64,000 nt of DNA from Malacoraja senta (Eukaryota). The stretch is from positions 248,001 through 312,000 of the forward strand of contig JAXLNO010000065.1 of the NCBI GenBank assembly GCA_038087875.1, written 5' to 3'. The notes under the pieces were generated by a model, which was not told the origin of the DNA, did not search any database, and worked only from the letters and a program-made list of their open reading frames with translations. A program made the position numbers and the translations under genes. Positions 1 through 13,512 of the stretch are shown here, one piece after another; positions within the stretch are counted from its first letter, which is position 1, and the number at the start of each line of letters is the position of its first letter.

Positions 1-3000
1 TTTGCCTGCCATCTCAACATTCGACTTGTATGAAAGCATTTGGATTCAAGCTGCATCTTTCATGAGCTCAGAATATTCCAAAAGGTTTTACCGTCAACAA
101 CGGTTAAGGGAGCCTGGTGTGATGGACTTCATGGAGTCTGCAGAGTTTGTAAGTGCCCACATGGCAAAGGTTGTCTCAATCAATGTCTGCTGTCTTCTGG
201 AGAGAGGCTACACACATACCAACATTTACGTGGAGATCTAAATGTAGAGATGTTTCTAAGGCACGTAGTGTATGTGTTTACACACTGTGCTAATCCAGAT
301 TCAAAGACAAAGTTGTTTCATTGTGAAGCTAACAAAGGTTCATTTAAAATTCAATTTAAGCGTCCTATTTAAAATTTCATACGAGGAAGGAATGATAAGA
401 GTTTTTCAGTTTGAAGCTTCTGTCTTGGTGCCGACACATGCAGATGACAAAATGGAGCATTTCAATGAGATTCGCCTCAATGTGTCAAGTGCTGTGAGCA
501 GATGAAAGGAGATTTGCCGAACATTTTCTTGTGATGAATGCAATTAAAAGCACAGAGGCTTGTCTCAGTGCAGTGCTTCATCACGTCTCACAGAAACACC
601 TCAAAGTGCTTTGTGTCCGGTGCAGCATCTGAGAGAACTGGGCTTGTCATGTCCTTGAACATTTGCTGCATTGTACATACCCACAGAAAGATTTGGGGTG
701 GGCGAGTAGTTAATCTGTTATCAATGGTGTTAATTGGAGGAGGAATATCAGGCAGAAAACCTGGTGCGTGTGTGTTGCAAAGTAGATTGAGGGGGAATAA
801 AAGATGGATGAGGGTCCATTAATAATGTACAGTGACCTGCGGAGCATTAACCAACGGCCTGTAATACTATCACACCCAAATAATTCATAAGACATAGGAA
901 CAGAATTAGGCCATTTGGCCCATCGTCTGCTTCGCAGTTAGACTTGGCACGTTCTTCATTAGTACAGGTGTCAGGGTTTATGAGGAGAAGGCAGGAGAAT
1001 GGGATTGAGAGGGAAAGATAGATCAGTCATGATTGAATGACAGAGTAGACTTGATGGGCCGAATGGCCTAATTCTGCTCCTATAACTTATGAACTTATGA
1101 AAGATACATGTTCACAGATAAATGAGAGGCAATTTAAGAAAAACAAAAACGACATGAAATGGAGAGCGATTTCCCTGACCTGCTGAGTATTTCCAATGTT
1201 TATTTCTGATTCTGTGGAGGTGAATGGATGGGCGACATTTCAGGTTGGGATCTCTCTTTAGACTCAAGACTAACAGTCTAAAGAAAGGTCTCTACCCGAC
1301 ATGTGGCCTATGCATTCCCACTTGACCTTCTGAGTTACTCCAGCACTTAGTGTCTTGCTCAATATTCCAGCATCTGCAGTTCCTCGTGTCTCCAAGTGCA
1401 AGAGCTAGGATGTTTTGCCAAACCTTCACAGAATGGTGGGCCTCAGGTGGGGAAGAGGTTGGAAACAAAGGGCAGTAGAAAGGAATGTAACCTCTTCACA
1501 TGTTTGGGTTAAGACTCAACAGGGAAGAGATGCTTTCAGAGCTGGTGGAAGTTAGTGGCACCGTTCATGAAATAGACATGTTCCAAATGGGTACTGGCGC
1601 ATCATCAAGATAGTGGTCAATGTAACAGAGAAGGAGTTGGTGATTGGTGTTGGAGAAAGCTTGGAACAAAGACTGTTCCATGTAATTAATGAGGAGAAAG
1701 AGCTGGGGCCCATGTTCTTCTTCCACCAAACCTATCTCTTCCTTTCTTGACTCCAACCTTTCTCCTCTACTTCTTTCTCATCACAATTTCCACCATTGAC
1801 TTTAGAAACCCTGACAGTTTCTAATTTCTCTTCTCTCATTTAAATCCTCCAGTTCTAGATTCCCTTGCTCTAGATTCTGACTATACTCCCCCCCCCCCCC
1901 CCATCATCATTTTATAAACCTCTATAATGTCATCCACCAGCCTCTGACATTCCAATGAGAATGAACACAGCCTATCCAATCTCTCTGTGTAACTACAGCC
2001 CTCCATTCCAGGCAACATCCTGGTGAATCTCTTCTGCACTTTTCCTATTGCTTCCTGTAGTGGGCAACCATAACTCTACACATTGTTCTCAATTGCGGCC
2101 TAACTATTGTTTTGTAGAGCTGCAACATGACGCCTTATACTCAACGCCTCAGCTTATGAAGGCAAGCATATCAAATGCCTTTTTCACAACCTTATCCACC
2201 TGGGTAGCCACTTTCAGGAAGCGTTGTACTTTCACCCAAAGGTCTCTGTACAGCCTATCAAGGCCCTGGACAATTTACTCTAAATGTCATACCAGAATCT
2301 GACCTTCCAAAGTGCATTACCTCACACTAGTCTTAATTAAATTCCATCTGCCCCCGCTGTGCCCAACCTTCCAGCTCATCTATGTCCTGCTGGTTCCAAC
2401 AACCTCCTTCAACTGCATTCACTCGAAGCATCTGTGACTGAAACAATAACGTTGTTTCTCTTTGCACAGATGCTGCCTGACCTGCTGAATGTTTCTAGCA
2501 TTTTCAGTTATTATTTAAAATATTAAGGGCATCTATCATTGTGAAAAAATTAACAAATTGGTGTACCGTAACGAAATGATTCCTAAGCTCCAAAGAGAAG
2601 CAGGAGGTAGAATAGCGCAGCGTATCATTTTGCAAAGGTGCAAGGAAAATGGCAGTACATGCCTGTAGTATTCTATCCCGCAGTTCCGTAAGACTGGAAA
2701 GCACCGCTAATTGATGAAGAGAGGAATACAAGGAACTGCAGATGCTGGGATCTTGAGCAAAATGCAAAGTGCTGAAGTAAGCAGGCCAGGCAGCATCTGT
2801 GGGGGGGAATGTGTAGGTGACGTTTCAAGTCGGGACTCTTCCACAATACCAAACCCCTCCACAAAACTCAACACCAACCACGATAACTAAACCACCCATG
2901 ATCTCTGGAGAAGGGTCCCAACCCGAAATACCTCAACAGATGCTGCCTTACCTGCTGAGTTACTCCAGCACTTTACGATTAAGAAAGAGAGAAAATGGGA

Positions 3001-3739
3001 GGGACCAGGTCACAACAGGGTAGTCAGTCTGACAACAGTAGTGGGTAACTGGCTGAACAAATAATGCGGGATGCCATAAATAAGCATTTAGAGAGACACA
3101 GGCTAATCGGGAACAGTTGTTCATAAGATGATAAGTGATCGGAGTAGAATTAGGCCATTCGGCCCATCAAGTCTACTCTGCCATTCAATCATGGCTGATC
3201 TATCTCTCCTACCTAACCCCATTCTCTTGCCATCTCCCCATAACCTCTGATACCTGATGTGGTTGTACTTTGAGTTTGATGAATGACCTGAACCATTAAC
3301 TCTGTTTCCCTTTGCACAGACTAACCTGTTAAGTATTTCCAGCGTTTCTATTCTATTTGTTTAGGGATATTTGTATTTGACCACCTTGAATGAGTTTAGT
3401 GATGGTGGTGCAAGGAGGCAGCATGCTTGATATGTATCTGTATATTTTAGCACGGCATTTGAACCACATGCGGCATCATTAGGAAAGTAAAGACCATTGG
3501 ATGCCAAGGGAAGGTGAAATCTTGGAATAAGTTTGGTTCAGTGATGGAAAACAAGAGGAATTGGTTAATGAAAGTTTCTCCAAATTGTGACGTGTTGTTG
3601 CATAGGTGCTGCCGCCGCTGCCTCACCACTGTGGTGACACAGGTTTGATCCTGACCTCTGGTGCTGTCTATGTGGAGCTTGCACATTATCCCTGTGACTG
3701 CACATGTTCTCCCCAGGTGGTCCAGTTTCCTTTCGACTT

Positions 3740-4025
3740 TACAGACTTTAGAGATACAACGCGGAAACAGGCCCTTTGGCCCACTATGTCCGCGCCGACC
3801 AACGATCATTCCATACGCTAAAACACCAGGGACAATTTACAATTTTTACCAAAGCCAATTAACCTACAAACCTGCACATCTTTGAAGTGTGTGAGGAAAC
3901 TGGAGCACCCAGAGGAAACAGAGAGGGAGCATGTACAAACTCTATACAGACAGCATCCGTAGTCAGGATTGAACCTGGGTCTCTGGCGCTGTGAGGCAGC
4001 AACTCTACCACTGAGCCAACGTGCC
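3740..4025 (-). mobile_element. V-SINE/HE1-like SINE just upstream of the first PBX exon in the window
   Basis: Reverse complement of the 9673-9972 family; a + strand partial copy precedes it at about 3607-3735. Confidence 0.85.
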
Positions 4026-4109
4026 AAGCTTGGATCCAGGCAGCAGCTTTTTTCACGGCTCCATGCCTTTGAGATCTCTCTCACGGCCTCCCCGTGTTGT
4101 CTGTTGCAG

Positions 4110-4300
4110 GCCTGCAATGAGTTCACCACGCATGTCATGAACCTGCTGCGGGAGCAGAGCCGGACGCGGCCCATCTCCCCGAAGGAGATTGAGAGGATGG
4201 TCAACATCATTCACCGCAAGTTCAACTCCATCCAGATTCAGCTGAAGCAGAGCACGTGCGAGGCAGTGATGATCCTCCGCTCACGGTTCCTGGATGCACG
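4110..4300 (+). CDS. PBX: PBX-family TALE homeobox gene, internal coding exon (equivalent to PBX1 exon 4; PBC-B domain)
   Basis: ttgcag|GCC...GCACG|gtaggt; 191 nt; encodes [64 protein letters not shown], the PBC-B sequence of PBX proteins. Paralog not resolved. Confidence 0.97.
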
Positions 4301-4672
4301 GTAGGTGGATTTGATGCATGTCATGCTAATGTGTTTCAAGGAAGAACAGGAGAGAAGGGCAACTGAAATAACCATACAGCTCAATAGTCACAATCATTGG
4401 CTTACAGGTTGAATACACATAATTACCAAATTGGAACAAGAGTGTTCAAAGAAAAGGTGGGGGAGAGGAGCAGGGAGGTATGGAAGAGGGCGGGAATCAA
4501 GAGGTATCTTCCCACCCCACGAGTTGGAGTAAATCTGTCCAGGATAAAATAAATGGCCCGGGGATCATGGATACGTGGAGGAAGGCAAGGCCCATACACG
4601 GCCAAAGGCAGTGAGATGTGTTGGGATGAAAGAGGGGCGGCACAGTGACGCAGCGGTACATTTGCTGCCTTA

Positions 4673-5318
4673 AGGGCCTGTCCCACTTGGCCGTCATTCG
4701 CGCGCCATTTACGCGATCTGCTAGTATGTGGGTAGCGCATGGGTAGCACGTGCGTAGCGCGGGACGGGCGCATGGAGTGGTGTGGAGGAGTGTGGACTTC
4801 GTCCTGCATGTAATTTATTTGCGCCACCGGCCTGTCGCGTAACTGACGGCCAAAGTGGGACAGGCCCAAGACCCTGGCGCGGCGCAACGCAACGTCTCAC
4901 CTCCAACAGCAGCAGAAGCAGGCAAACGATAGCCGAGCTCGGCCTGGGGCTCACGGCCGTTGTGGATCTGGATCTGCCCCCACTCCTACTCCCAGAGCGG
5001 GGCCAAGACGATTGGAGATAAACTCAAAATGCTGGAGTAACTCAGCGGGACCGGCAGCATCTCTGGGGAGAAGCAATGGGTGACGTTTCGGGCCGAGATC
5101 CTTCTTCAGACTGAAGAAGAGTCTCGACCCGAAACATCATCCATTCCTTCTCTCCAGAGATGCTGCCGGTCCCGCTGAGGTACTCCTGCATTTTGTGTCT
5201 CTTCAAATGACGTCACGCGCTCCAGACGGCTGTGCGGACGCATGATGACGCGCGCGACCATCGCGCGTCAGTCACTACCGGCCTGTCGCGTAAATGACGG
5301 CCAAGTGGGACAGACCCT
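4673..5318. mobile_element. PIF/Harbinger-type non-autonomous DNA element inserted in a SINE
   Basis: TIRs AGGGCCTGTCCCACTTGGCCGTCATT / AATGACGGCCAAGTGGGACAGACCCT; TTA on both sides (4670-4672, 5319-5321). The SINE sequence resumes exactly after the element. Confidence 0.85.
5016..5203. mobile_element. Palindromic dimer of the PLE terminal repeat, nested in a Harbinger element
   Basis: About 190-bp inverted repeat centred on CTTCTTCAGACTGAAGAAG, with a hammerhead-like core on each strand. Confidence 0.75.
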
Positions 5319-6153
5319 TTACAGAGCCAGAGACCGGCTTCAATCCTGACTATGGGAGCTGTCTGTATAGTGTTTGTACGTTCTCCATGTTACTGTGTGG
5401 GTCTTATTTGTTTTTCTCCTGTTTCCTCCCACACTCCAAAGTTGTACTGTTTGTAGGTTAATTGGCTTTGTTAAAATTGTAAATTGTCCCTAATTGGTAG
5501 GATAGTGCTAGTGTACGGGGTGATCGCTGGTCGGTCTGCTGAAAGGTCTATTTTCACACCGTATCTCAAGTATAAGGGTTGGATTACATCATAGTATTCT
5601 GTCATTTGATGCGTGAACAATGAATTTATATTGTGATATCATACCGTACAGGAAAGCCAGTTATAACTGGCTGCTTTTTGTACTGAACACTGGGATAAAG
5701 AGCAGCAGCTTCAGTACTGAACCCTGAGAGCAAGGCTGAATGTGTAACTCCAGCCTGAGATCAGTTCCCTAATACAACATTGTCCTCTCTGTGAGCCTCT
5801 TGTTTATGATGCACCTCCAATGCCTTGGGTCCATCAGGCCATGATGCTTGGCCAAGACTTTCTACAAGTTGGGGTTTATATCCCGGGCTAGTCAATGGCT
5901 ACATTTGGTCAGCTAGGATCAGTTCATGGAGAGATCCAACACAGAAATGGGCCCTGTAGCCCACTGAGTCCATGCCAACCATCCATCAACCAGCAATTTA
6001 CATTTATGCTACATTTCCATCAACTCTCTCCAGAATCAACTCCTCAATTGTTCAATGGTACTTAATTGTTACATGTACCTTAGTACAGTGAAATTCTTTT
6101 TTTGCAGACTCTTCAGTGATAATCCTGCTATACATTAGGCACAACTATATTGA

Positions 6154-6494
6154 AGGGCCTGTCCCACTTACGCAACTTTTTCGGCGACTGCCGGTACCCG
6201 TCATAGGTTGTTGCAGGTTGGCGAAAATTTTCAACATGTTGAAAATTCAGCGGCGACCAGAAAGACGCTACGACTCTTTGGGTGACTGAGGAGTCGACTC
6301 ACGACCATACAGGCGACACCCTGGCGACATGTCGCGGGGTGAAGCCTGTATGGTCGTGAGTAGTCACCCAAAGAGTCGTACCTTGTTCTGGTTGCCGCCG
6401 GATTTTCAACATGTTGAAATTTTTCGGTGACCTGCAACGACCTATGACGGGTGCCGGCAATCGCCGAAAAAGTCGCGTAAGTGGCACAGGCCCT
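6154..6494. mobile_element. Harbinger-type palindromic MITE
   Basis: Same terminal AGGGCCTGTCCCACTT motif as the 4673 element; the 341 bp form a near-complete inverted repeat; flanks are TGA and TTA. Confidence 0.85.
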
Positions 6495-6991
6495 TTAGTA
6501 TAAGAATGTAAGATAGTAGATCACACTGAGTCTGTGCACAAGTCTTCACGCTTTATATCACTCCACACCGACACACCAGGGGTAATTTAAAGCAGCTTGG
6601 TTGGACATTGTAGTGTTATCTGATCTGAATGGATAGCGTGCAAAACAAAGCTTTTCACTGTACCTCGGTACACGTGACAATCATAAACCTATACCTAAAT
6701 TAAAAATGTTCATATCACAGTTGCCCCTTAGCATACAGATCTGAACTTGGCACAATATTTGCTGAGTCTTTGAAACAGAAGTATCAAAGAAAAACTATTT
6801 TTTCAATGGCAAAGTTGGCAAATGTCCAGCAAAACAAATATTTTTTTAACTTCAGTCGAGTTGAATTATTGTTCCCGTTTTGTTGTGGTCATATATGTGA
6901 CTGTATATATAGGGAATGGTGTTGTGATGACAATAATCCAGGTATTAAATAAGTTACCAGCCCCACTTGCTGTTTGTTTATTGTTGTGTAA

Positions 6992-7423
6992 CAGGTCCAC
7001 CACCCAGTCTCTGGCAACTGATGGTCTGGTGCCTTCAGTTAAAATCATGACAGCCCACTTGAAATCCCACCTGGAAGTCCCCCTGAAAATGTGACACCTA
7101 GGCCAGGTAGGACGGCAATCAGCAGGGTGAATTTACCCCCTGCGTCCGGTGCTCTGGAACTCCGGCCTGGCCAGAGCCTGCAGATCGGTTCCCATCACTG
7201 ACTTCCGCGGCCGATTGCCGGTTAAAATTTGCCCCCTGTGGTTGGGTCTCTGGAACTCCAGCCCGGCCGGAGCCGGCAGATCCGTACCCGTAACCGACTT
7301 CCGTTGCCGGTTTTGTGGGCCAGTATCTCGGCCCTGAAGGAGGTGACCGCTGTTGGTCTGGCAAAACGGATAACAAGGCAAGGCTCTGGAACCAAGGGTG
7401 CCAAACGATTGGCGGTGGACCTG
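6992..7423. mobile_element. Tc1/mariner-pogo-type MITE with an internal ~97-bp tandem duplication
   Basis: Termini CAGGTCCACC / GGTGGACCTG followed by TA; shares about 60 nt with the copy at 56415-56762. Confidence 0.65.
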
Positions 7424-7598
7424 TACTTCATCTGGATGTACAAGGTTGTGGATTGATAGATTGAAACATTTCTCACTCTCAGCACCAGGGTTCTAAAGTT
7501 CAGGACACCAAGGAGAAAAGCCAACCTCTATCGCTTACTTTTTGCTACAATGAAACGGACTTGGTGGGGAACGGGTTTCCTTCTCTTTTCTTTTTTGA

Positions 7599-7814
<216 letters not shown>

Positions 7815-7889
7815 TGAACTCTTAGAATGTCACAGCCCGTCTTAACATTGGCGATCGTGTGAACCCTGACCCACCGGGCGTTGCTCTAA

Positions 7890-8632
7890 TGTAGAAACAA
7901 GGGACTGCAGATGCTGGTTAATACACAAAAAGACATAAAGCACTGGAGTAACTCAGCGGGTCAAGCAGCATCCCTGGAAAACATGGATAGGTGACATTTC
8001 GCGTCGAGACCGTTCTTTAGACACTGTGAGGGGGAGGGGAGAAGAAAGCTGGGAGAGAGGAGAGGCAGGAAAAAGCATGACAGGTAATAGGTGAACACAG
8101 GCTAGGGGAGGTTTTGATGGGCAGATGGTTGGAACAAAGGCCAGAGATAAAGGCCGAAGGTGTGAGACAGGATTGAAGACGTGTTTTGTGAAGCCACCTT
8201 AAAGGTCAGTATGGGAATGGGAAGGGGAATTAAATGACCTTTCTGTCCTGAGCCTCCTCCATTGTCAGAGTGAGGCCATACGCAAATCGGAACAACAGCA
8301 CCTCATATTTCGCATGGGAGGCTTACAACCTTGCATTCCCTCTCTCTCCATCCCTCCCCCATCTTAGTCGTTGTGCGAGTTTCACTGTTCGTATCCCTTC
8401 ATTAACACCTCTTCCACAGCCAACAATGGACCATTGTGGGCTCCATGGCCATTGGTGTCAGCTCTGATTTGTTCTGCACTTTTTCATACCTCTAGTATTC
8501 CTCTCCCCTGACTCTCAGTCTAAAGAACGGTCTCGACCCGAAACGTCACCTATTCCTTTTCTCCAGAGATACAGCCTGACCTTCTGAATTACTCCAGCAT
8601 TTTAAACCAGCACCTGTAGTCCCTTCCTACAC
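7890..8632. mobile_element. Penelope-like element as an inverted pair
   Basis: Minus-strand terminal repeat at ~7890-8200. The plus strand at 8238-8330 encodes LSVLSLLHCQSEAIRKSEQQHLIFRMGGLQP, then the terminal repeat with a CTAAAGA..GAAACGTC core (8520-8547). The outer ends are inverted. Confidence 0.75.
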
Positions 8633-8817
8633 AGGAAGTTTTCCACTCTGGCTGAAAGCTCTTGCAAGCTGCCCTCACCACACGCGGTACAAATCCTTGC
8701 AGGATGTATTGCAATTTAAGTCTTTGTGGCCTGCACTTTCCAAATCCAGCATGTGCGTGGTCCAACATTGCCAGATGGTCAGCTTTACCTTTGTGTTTCT
8801 TTGTCACCCTCTGGCAG

Positions 8818-8977
8818 GTATCAAACTGGTTTGGTAACAAGCGAATCCGGTACAAGAAAAACATAGGCAAGTTGCAGGAGGAGGCAAATCTATACGCCGC
8901 CAAAACAGCGGTAACTGCGACAAACGCGGCGGCTCAAGGAAGTCAAGCCAACTCCCCGTCCACTCCCAACTCCACTG
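8818..8977 (+). CDS. PBX: PBX exon (equivalent to exon 6): homeodomain helix 3 and C-terminal extension
   Basis: tggcag|GTA TCA AAC TGG...ACT G|gtgagt; 160 nt; encodes [53 protein letters not shown], including the PBX WFGN signature. Confidence 0.97.
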
Positions 8978-9672
8978 GTGAGTGTTTATGGGCCACCTTG
9001 CACAGCCAGACACTAATCAGGACTCCAATTCGAGCAACTCCTAACGGACACCTCCACCCCACTTTATGAATATGAAGAAGCTGAAAGGTCAATTCTCATT
9101 GCAGGGACTCGCGTGTTTCTTCCTGAAGCACATCAGAAATCACAAGCATAACCTTATCACCATGTAGAACATGCACGAACATTCATGGTTCAGAGGGATA
9201 TGTATTTCAGAAATCAAAAATCACAAATTTGCAAATAAACACAAAATGCTGGAGTAACTCATCAGGTCAGGCAGCTTCTCTAGAGGACACGGATAGGCGA
9301 TGTTTCGGGTCAGGATCCTTATCAGACCCTTCTTCAGATGTCACGTGTCTTAAGAAGGATCTCGACAAAATGATGTCTATTCATGTCCTTCAGAGATGTT
9401 GCGTGACCCGGTGATCTACTCCGGCACTTGGTGTTCTACACCAGATTCCATTCCGTGGAGTTCCTTGAGGTCCCCACAAAATTGCAAATGCTTGATATCT
9501 GAGATAAGAACCGCAGACGTGGAAATGCTCAGGAGGCCATGCAGCAACCGTGGAGAGAGAAGCAGAGTTCAAATGGTAACTTTGTTTCTCTGCATAGCTA
9601 TTGCCTGAGTATTTCCAGCAGTTTCTGCTCTGGATCTGAATGATACTCTCCAAATGTTAGAGGACAATTTAT

Positions 9673-9972
9673 GGGTGGCACGATGGTGCAGCAGTAGAGT
9701 TGCTGCCTTACAGCGCCAGAAACCTGGGTTTGTTCCTGACTACGGGTGCTGTCTGTACGGAGTTTGTACGTTCTCCACGTGACCATGTGGGTTTTCTCCG
9801 GCTCCGGTTTCCTCCCACACTCCAAAGACGTACAGGTTTGTAGGTTAATTGGCTTTGGTAAAATTGTAAATTGCCCCTCGTGCGTAGGGTAGTGCGGGTG
9901 TAAGGGGATCGCTTGTCGGCGCGGACTCAGTGGGCCGAAGGGCCTGTTTCCGCGCTGTATCTCTAAACTAAA
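9673..9972 (+). mobile_element. tRNA-derived SINE (V-SINE/HE1-like), representative full-length copy of about 20
   Basis: A-box and B-box-like head, conserved core GTGGGTTTTCTCCGG..CTCCGGTTTCCTCCCAC, and a CR1-like 3' end GGCCGAAGGGCCTGTTTCC..GCTGTATCTCTAAA. Other copies: ~3740-4025(-), 21015-21265(-), 26505-26792(-), 28360-28645(-), 29230-29565(-), 30300-30590(+), 31545-31840(+), 32806-33118(+), 53720-54145(+), 60885-61128(+), plus split copies. Confidence 0.85.
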
Positions 9973-11514
9973 AAACAAAACATTGCACCTTCATTTCGGA
10001 AGATGAAAATCCAACACAAGTCCTGAGTCCTCAACGATCCGGATTAATTGGCCACAGAGATAAATAAAAGCCACTGCAATGTTAAGTGACCTTTCAGTTT
10101 GGGCACAGTTGTGATTTGGTAGGCGTTATCAATTATACCAAATGGTACCTTATGATGGACTAATAAGCCTTGATGATATTAGGATGGGATTCTGAGCAGA
10201 TGGCAATGCATTTGTTGTCTACAGCTAATGCCTTCTCAGTCACTGGTTAGCACGGCACGGGTGCCAGATGATCTGGTGTTCTACTAATTGAAGGTTGCTC
10301 CACATTTGCTGAGCTTCCTGGCAACAGGTTGTCAGCCAGGACTCGTGATTCGGGCCACATGGGCCGCCTTGAGATGTTTCTGCTTATGGTTGTGAGAGTT
10401 ATATGCAGATGGACTCTCCCTGTCCTATCCTGATACTGAAGGACCTGCTGGGTTCGAAATGTCTCTTGGAATACCGCACACGTCCTGAGGATTTAAGGAC
10501 AATAGTTCTGACTTGAAGGATGTCAAGAATAACAACCATTTTAAGTCCAGCATGACCGTACAATTAATGGATTACTCCGATAGGAAATGGAATTCAACAT
10601 TCTTCCTTCACCTAGAACTTCAGTTCAAAGATTCATCTCCGCTAAAGCAGTTGTCCTCAACACTGCAGGACACCAGGCAATGCTCCAGAATTAAAGAGGA
10701 AAAGCAGCAGCTTCGCTCTCATTGTTACTGTTATTATGCAGTGAATAGAGAGATACGGATTCTGTACAGGCTGCTTATTGGTCTTGGCATCGTGTGCGGC
10801 ACAGACATTATGGGCCAAAGAGCCTGTTCCTCTCCCTGTTCTATGTTTTACATTACTAACCCCGGAGGGAGAGCCCAGCACCATTCATCCCATCCCCATT
10901 CAATCTGGCTTCAGTCGTTTTCCTTCCAGTTCTCCCTCCGTTTATTCTGTATCGTCTGGTCCGAACATGAACGCCAGACATGGTTTTGCTGCCTGTGGGT
11001 GTCACACCAAATGATATTCCCCTTTTTGTACAATTATCTGATACTGATCCAAGGACACAACAATGAGCATCTGATCAACCAAGACGAGAAGTAAAGGTTT
11101 ATTTTATTAATTGTATTAATTGCCCTTGCGTTGAGTGACTTGCTACGTTATTACTGTGGGCAGTTCAGAGACTGGAATAATTAATTGAATTTAAATTTCT
11201 CAGCTGCCTTGAACTCATGCCTCCAGATCTTTTGTCTCAGTCTCTGGAGCACCAATCCTGCAACATAACCTCTCGTCTGGCCTGTAAGATGCTTGAGCTA
11301 TCCTTCTCTCTGAGCATTTGTTGCTCCCCATCCAATTAGACGTGGTAAAATAGGACTAGTGCAGATGGGTACAGTGCTCAGTAGGGACACAGTGGGCTGA
11401 AGGGCCTATTTCTGTTCTGCAAGACTCTGACTCCATGACCTGTTTACCTTGGGAAGGATATCAGTGACTCAGGGCATAGATTTAAACCAAATGGAGGAAG
11501 GATTTGAGGGGAGT

Positions 11515-12300
11515 TGAGTTGAGTTTAGTTTTGTTTATTGTCATGTGTACCGAGGTATGGTGAAAGGCTTTTGTTGCGTGCTAACCAATCAGCAGAAAGC
11601 CAATACATGCTTACAGTCGAGCCAACCACAGTGTACAGATACATAATACCAAGCATGGAAATCGCTGTCAAAACATGTGGGGGACACAATTTATTGGCGG
11701 CCGCGCGCAGGCGCACACATGCGAGGCTTCGGCCGTGGGCCCTGTGGACGATAACATCGGGAGCTGACCTGGTTGGTGACCGACTCCGAACTCCAGCAAC
11801 AGCAGCTTCGTCCGCCCCGAATCGTGGGGCTTGAATCGGCCCGTTCACGGGGTCTTTCATTGGCCGGCGGGGGCTTCAACATCGGGAGCCTTGATGGCCT
11901 CGATGCAGCAGTTTGATTTTAAACTGCGGCGGGCGCTGAAAGGCCCCCTTAGAAAGTGGCTGATAAAGTCCGGATTACAAAACATGGGGGGGGGTCATCC
12001 CCCACCTCTCAAAGCAGGGGGGGGCGGCGTGTCCCCCTGTCCCCATGTCCCCCCCAGGATTTTCACCCCTGCATGATAGAGGGAGTAACGTAAATAATGT
12101 GACTAATGTTTAGTGCAAGATAAAGTCCAGCCAAAGATAGCCCGAGGGTCTTCAATGAGGTAGATAGTAGCTCAGGACTGCACTTGAGTTGTTGGTAGGA
12201 TGGTTCAGTTGCCTGATAACAGCAGGGAAGAAACTGTCCCTGAATCTGGAGGTGTGCATTTTCACACTTCTATACCTTTTGCCCAATGGGAGAGGGAAGT
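11515..12300 (-). mobile_element. Rex1/Babar-type LINE 3' end, interrupted by a MITE
   Basis: Reverse strand of about 12195-12300 translates to PLPLGKRYRSVKMHTSRFRDSFFPAVIRQLNH, a Rex/Babar-like C-terminus; the tail is AATAAA(CTAAA)n. Further copies lie at ~12380-12630(+), ~13277-13512 plus 15551-15600(-), ~6600-6700(+) and ~24650-24760(+). Confidence 0.7.
11650..12071. mobile_element. Probable hAT-type MITE inserted in a Rex/Babar fragment
   Basis: GC-rich insert with imperfect 8-bp flanks CATAATAC / CATGATAG and degenerate termini CAAGCATGGAAATC / GATTTTCACCCCTG. The host repeat resumes after it. Confidence 0.55.
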
Positions 12301-13512
12301 TGGGTTTAAGGTGAGGGAGGAAAGAGTTAATAGGAACCTGATGGGTAACTCAATTCATCTGAGAAACTAAGGGTTCAGTTAACAGGCAACTGAACCATCC
12401 TACCAACAACTAGGGAGCTGCCTTTGGTGCTATCTACCTCATTGAAGACCCTTGCATTATCTTTAATCAGACGTTACTGGACTAAACGTTATTCACATTA
12501 TTTCCTTTATCATATTATCAGTACTCTGTGGATGGCTCAATTGTAAGCATGTATTGTCTTTCTACTAACAAGTTGGCACGCAACAAAAGCTTTTCACTGG
12601 GTACATGTGACAATAAACTAACTAAACTAAATGTTTTCACACAAAGGTTGGTGGGTGTATGGAACAAGCTGAGGAGGTCGGTAGGGGAACATTTAGACAG
12701 GCACATGGATAGGACAAGTTTAGAGGGATATGGGCCAAAACCAGGCAGGCGGACTAGTGTAGATGTGGCATGATAGTCGGCGTGGGCAAGTTGGGCCAAA
12801 ACGGTCTGTTTCCATACTGTATGACTCTATGGCTCTATCTGACCTGGATCTCATCTGTATTGGTGTTGGAGGCAGAAATCCTCATATTTAAAAGGTACTT
12901 AGATATGTACTCAAGTGGTCCCAGCAGTGGAAAGCCTAACCTATTAGGCTGCATAGGTCATTTTCTGCCAGCACAGATAGGCTAGGCTGAATGGCCTCCC
13001 ACCTGCATAGATTTTGATGTCTACAATAAATGAATGGTATCTCACAAGTGGATATCTGGAAATAGATATAAGCCTTTAGTTGTGAAATGGAAGGTACTGG
13101 CAACCACTTAATGGCTCAGGAACAGAGTTAACTTTTCATGTCAGGCACCCTTCTTCTAAGCTGGGAATGAAAGAAAACAAGTTAGTTTTAAGTTGCAGAG
13201 ACAGTGGAAGAATGGATAGAATGAAAGGAATATCTCTGAAAGGGAGAGGGCAAGATTGACCAGATGATCCCAATAGTTTAGTTTAGTTTATTGTCACGTG
13301 TACAGAGGTACAGTGAAAAGTTTGTCTTTGTTGTGTGCCATCCAGTCAGCGGAAAGATTATACATGTTTACAATCGAGCCGTCCACAGTGTACAGATACA
13401 GGATGAAGGGAATAATGTTCATTGCAAGATAAAGTCTGATTAAAGATAGTCCGAGGGTCTCCGATGAGGTAGATGGTAGCTCAGGACCGCTCTCTAGTTA
13501 TTGATAGAATAG

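Noticed and set aside
1..4109. Upstream PBX exons (PBC-A domain, poly-Ala linker)
   Set aside because: No matching coding sequence found; these exons presumably lie 5' of the window.
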